From: Squalus acanthias
Lineage: Eukaryota
Direction: 5' to 3'
DNA length: 64,000 nucleotides
Assembly: GCA_030390025.1 (NCBI GenBank)
Contig: CM059432.1
Location: 95,978,001-96,042,000 of the forward strand
The notes below the pieces were generated by a model that saw only the letters and a program-made list of their open reading frames with translations, had not been told where the DNA came from and ran no database searches. The translations under genes were made by a program, and so were the position numbers. How positions within the stretch are numbered: the stretch's first letter is position 1; every line of letters begins with the position of its first letter. Shown piece by piece: positions 61,754-64,000 of this stretch.

Positions 61754-63240
61754 GGCCTAGAAATTCCATACCTGAGCGCTGGCCATTAATGCTGGTTTGC
61801 TGGGAAAAAATGGCGGCTGCCTTGTTTTCGGCCGCCTCCGGCGCGAGACACGGCAGCCACCATTTTGGTAAGGGCCATAACGCTGTCTTTGACATAACAC
61901 ATGGCGCTGGCCCCTGAAATGTAAATGAGCAAATTGTGACATCAATCAGTGTGCAACACCTGACTTGACGCCATGTCTGTAAACTTGGATGTTCTCGCTC
62001 TATTTCACGGCGGGTCCCAAATACGCTCAGAAAAGCGTGCATGAAGGAGCCCTGCAGAGACGCCATCAGTGCTTCTTAAAGGGACACACACATCTTTCAA
62101 TTAAGTTTGGATTCAAGCTTTTGGACTTTAAAAAAAATATTTTATTGATGTAGTGGCTTGGTGTAATAGAGGTTAACAGTTTTTTAAGTGTGCAGGGAGT
62201 GCTGCCAGACGCTTGAGAAGACAGCAAATGCTGGAAATACTCAGCAGGTCAGGCAGCATCCGTGGAGAGAGAAACAGAGTTCACGTCTCAGGTCAAGATG
62301 CTGCCTGACCTGCTGAGTATTTTCAGCATTTTCTGTTTTTATTTCAGATTTCCAGCATCTGCTCGCAGAGGGAAGAGGAAGACACAGAAGAGGAAGAAGC
62401 AGAAGAGGAAGACGCGGAAGGAAGGATGCAACTCAGACAGCCCATTGCTGGCCGGGATATCCGGGATGGAATCATCCGCCTGCGGTACCAGTGACCACAA
62501 CCCCAATTCCCCTTTCAACATTTGTCCACACCTTACCTTCCCTCTGTTACTGATCATCACCGTGTCCTCTTGGTCACAATGCTGAAATAAAAGCCACCAC
62601 AAAGCAAGCTTTCCAATCAAACTTTATACATCTAGCTATCCAATATGACATCAAGAAATCAACTAATCACCCTTGTGCATTCCCTTAGTGACTGTCGTGC
62701 ATGCGCCTTTGCCTATCCTAGTGATGTTACGCAGTGCTACCCAGTGGCTGCAGCAGGGCTGGTGGAAGGCTGCTGACTTTCAGTGGAGGACACTGCATAT
62801 GGCCTTGGAGGATGACCTCGAGGAGCTGGTGGCTGGGAGTGTGAAATCGAGTGATGGTGTTTCTTCTTCTTCTTCACTCTCCTCTCCCTCTTCTTGGTCA
62901 ACCTGGGCAGGTTAGATTTCTTGGGTGTCTGAAATGAGGAAGGCACACAGGTAGAGATGTGGTGAGGGGAAGGCGGGAAAGCAAGAGCTGCATGCTTACA
63001 CCATGCGCACCTTGTAAACCAGAAGATATTGTGGGTTGAGGGGGAAGTTGGATGTGAGAAGGGGGATAACGTATGAGGATACCAGCATCTTGTATCCTTT
63101 CAGCCCCGCCGCTGGCCAAGGTCTCAGCCATGCCCCTGCCAAGAATGGCCAGCACCGTCTCCTCCAAGAGGGCGAGTGAAGCTAGGAATGTGAGGTGTGC
63201 CTCGTGTTTGGTACAGATTGTTGGTAGGTGAGTGATGGGG
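61754..63240. mobile_element. Second, inverted copy of the deleted Harbinger family (partial)
   Basis: End GGCCTAGAAATTCC; 62363-63240 is homologous to the reverse complement of about 52270-53620. Confidence 0.75.
62221..62362. mobile_element. Miniature inverted Penelope-derived insertion
   Basis: 40-bp arms 62221-60 / 62297-336 (2 mismatches) plus a 3' tail; same family as 40733-41333. Confidence 0.7.
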
Positions 63241-64000
63241 GGATCGTCATGTTTGATAATGCTCCTGTGAAGCGCCTTGGGACGTTTTATAAGGTTATAG
63301 GGGCTATATAAATGCAAGTTGTTGTTAACTAGTTCATTCAATTATTTAGTTAATTTAATCTCTTGGACTTTTTAAAAAGTGCTGGATACAGATGAATGTG
63401 GTAGGGAACATGTTCAAGATAGGTAGGAAGTATGCAGTAGTTCTGAGGAGAGGCTGTGTGGTTTGAAACTGTTAAAAGGGTGGTTCCAGAATCTGGAAGG
63501 TATGAGAGGGTCGTGGAGAGGCTGTGATGGAAATTGAATGGTATTGAGGTCAAAGGGCATTGGGCGGAGAATCTTTTGGTGTTGTGAGGGGTTCCAAAGT
63601 GTGGGAGTAGAGGGAGTGGTGCAACAGTGATGGGATGGGGGGCTTTGGGTTGTGACAGTGCTCGGAAGGTAGTGCTGGGGTGTGATGTTGGGATCTCAGT
63701 CCTCAGGCGTAGCATTATTGGAAAGGCTGGGATCATGGGGTGTGAGCACTGGGTGGAGTGGAAAGATGTTGGTGGGGTGAGGTGCGGGTTCCTGGTGTTT
63801 CAAGTGGACTACCAAGATCTAGTAAGACTGGGAGTGGGCGACCAGGCATGTGGCAGGAGTTGGATAGAGGTACCGAGGTACTGGAGCATGGGGAAGGGGA
63901 TCCTTGCAGTGGGAATAGTGGGGCAGTGGAGGGGGAGGGGGATGTTGTGGCTGTTACACAGAAAAGTGTGGCAATGGGATAGCAGCTACGGATGCTCAGT

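Noticed and set aside
59111..64000. Upstream SYBU exons
   Set aside because: No syntabulin-like coding sequence with splice sites found; probably beyond the window

Overview
Eukaryotic vertebrate DNA, most likely a cartilaginous fish (inferred from the CR1/L2-dominated repeats, a Deu-domain SINE and Neptune-type Penelope elements). Two host genes lie tail-to-tail as at the human EBAG9-SYBU locus: five coding exons of EBAG9/RCAS1 on + (9224-28853; first coding exon outside the window) and the large last exon of SYBU/syntabulin on - (57892-59110). Most of the rest is nested transposable-element debris: CR1, L2 and related LINEs, tRNA-SINEs, Tigger/hAT/Harbinger DNA elements and minisatellites. 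Main findings: (1) a non-autonomous hAT element (42863-46494) that appears to carry captured host 5' ends, including a frameshifted RBM4-like RRM start behind a YY1/CCAAT/TALE-motif promoter (a candidate vertebrate Pack-hAT); (2) Penelope-like retroelements forming near-perfect hairpins with minimal hammerhead ribozymes, one inside an EBAG9 intron; (3) a near-full-length CR1 with a tandem 80/103-bp monomer array at its 5' end. Family names come from motif recognition by eye, with no database searches. Repeat boundaries without a stated TSD or TIR are approximate.
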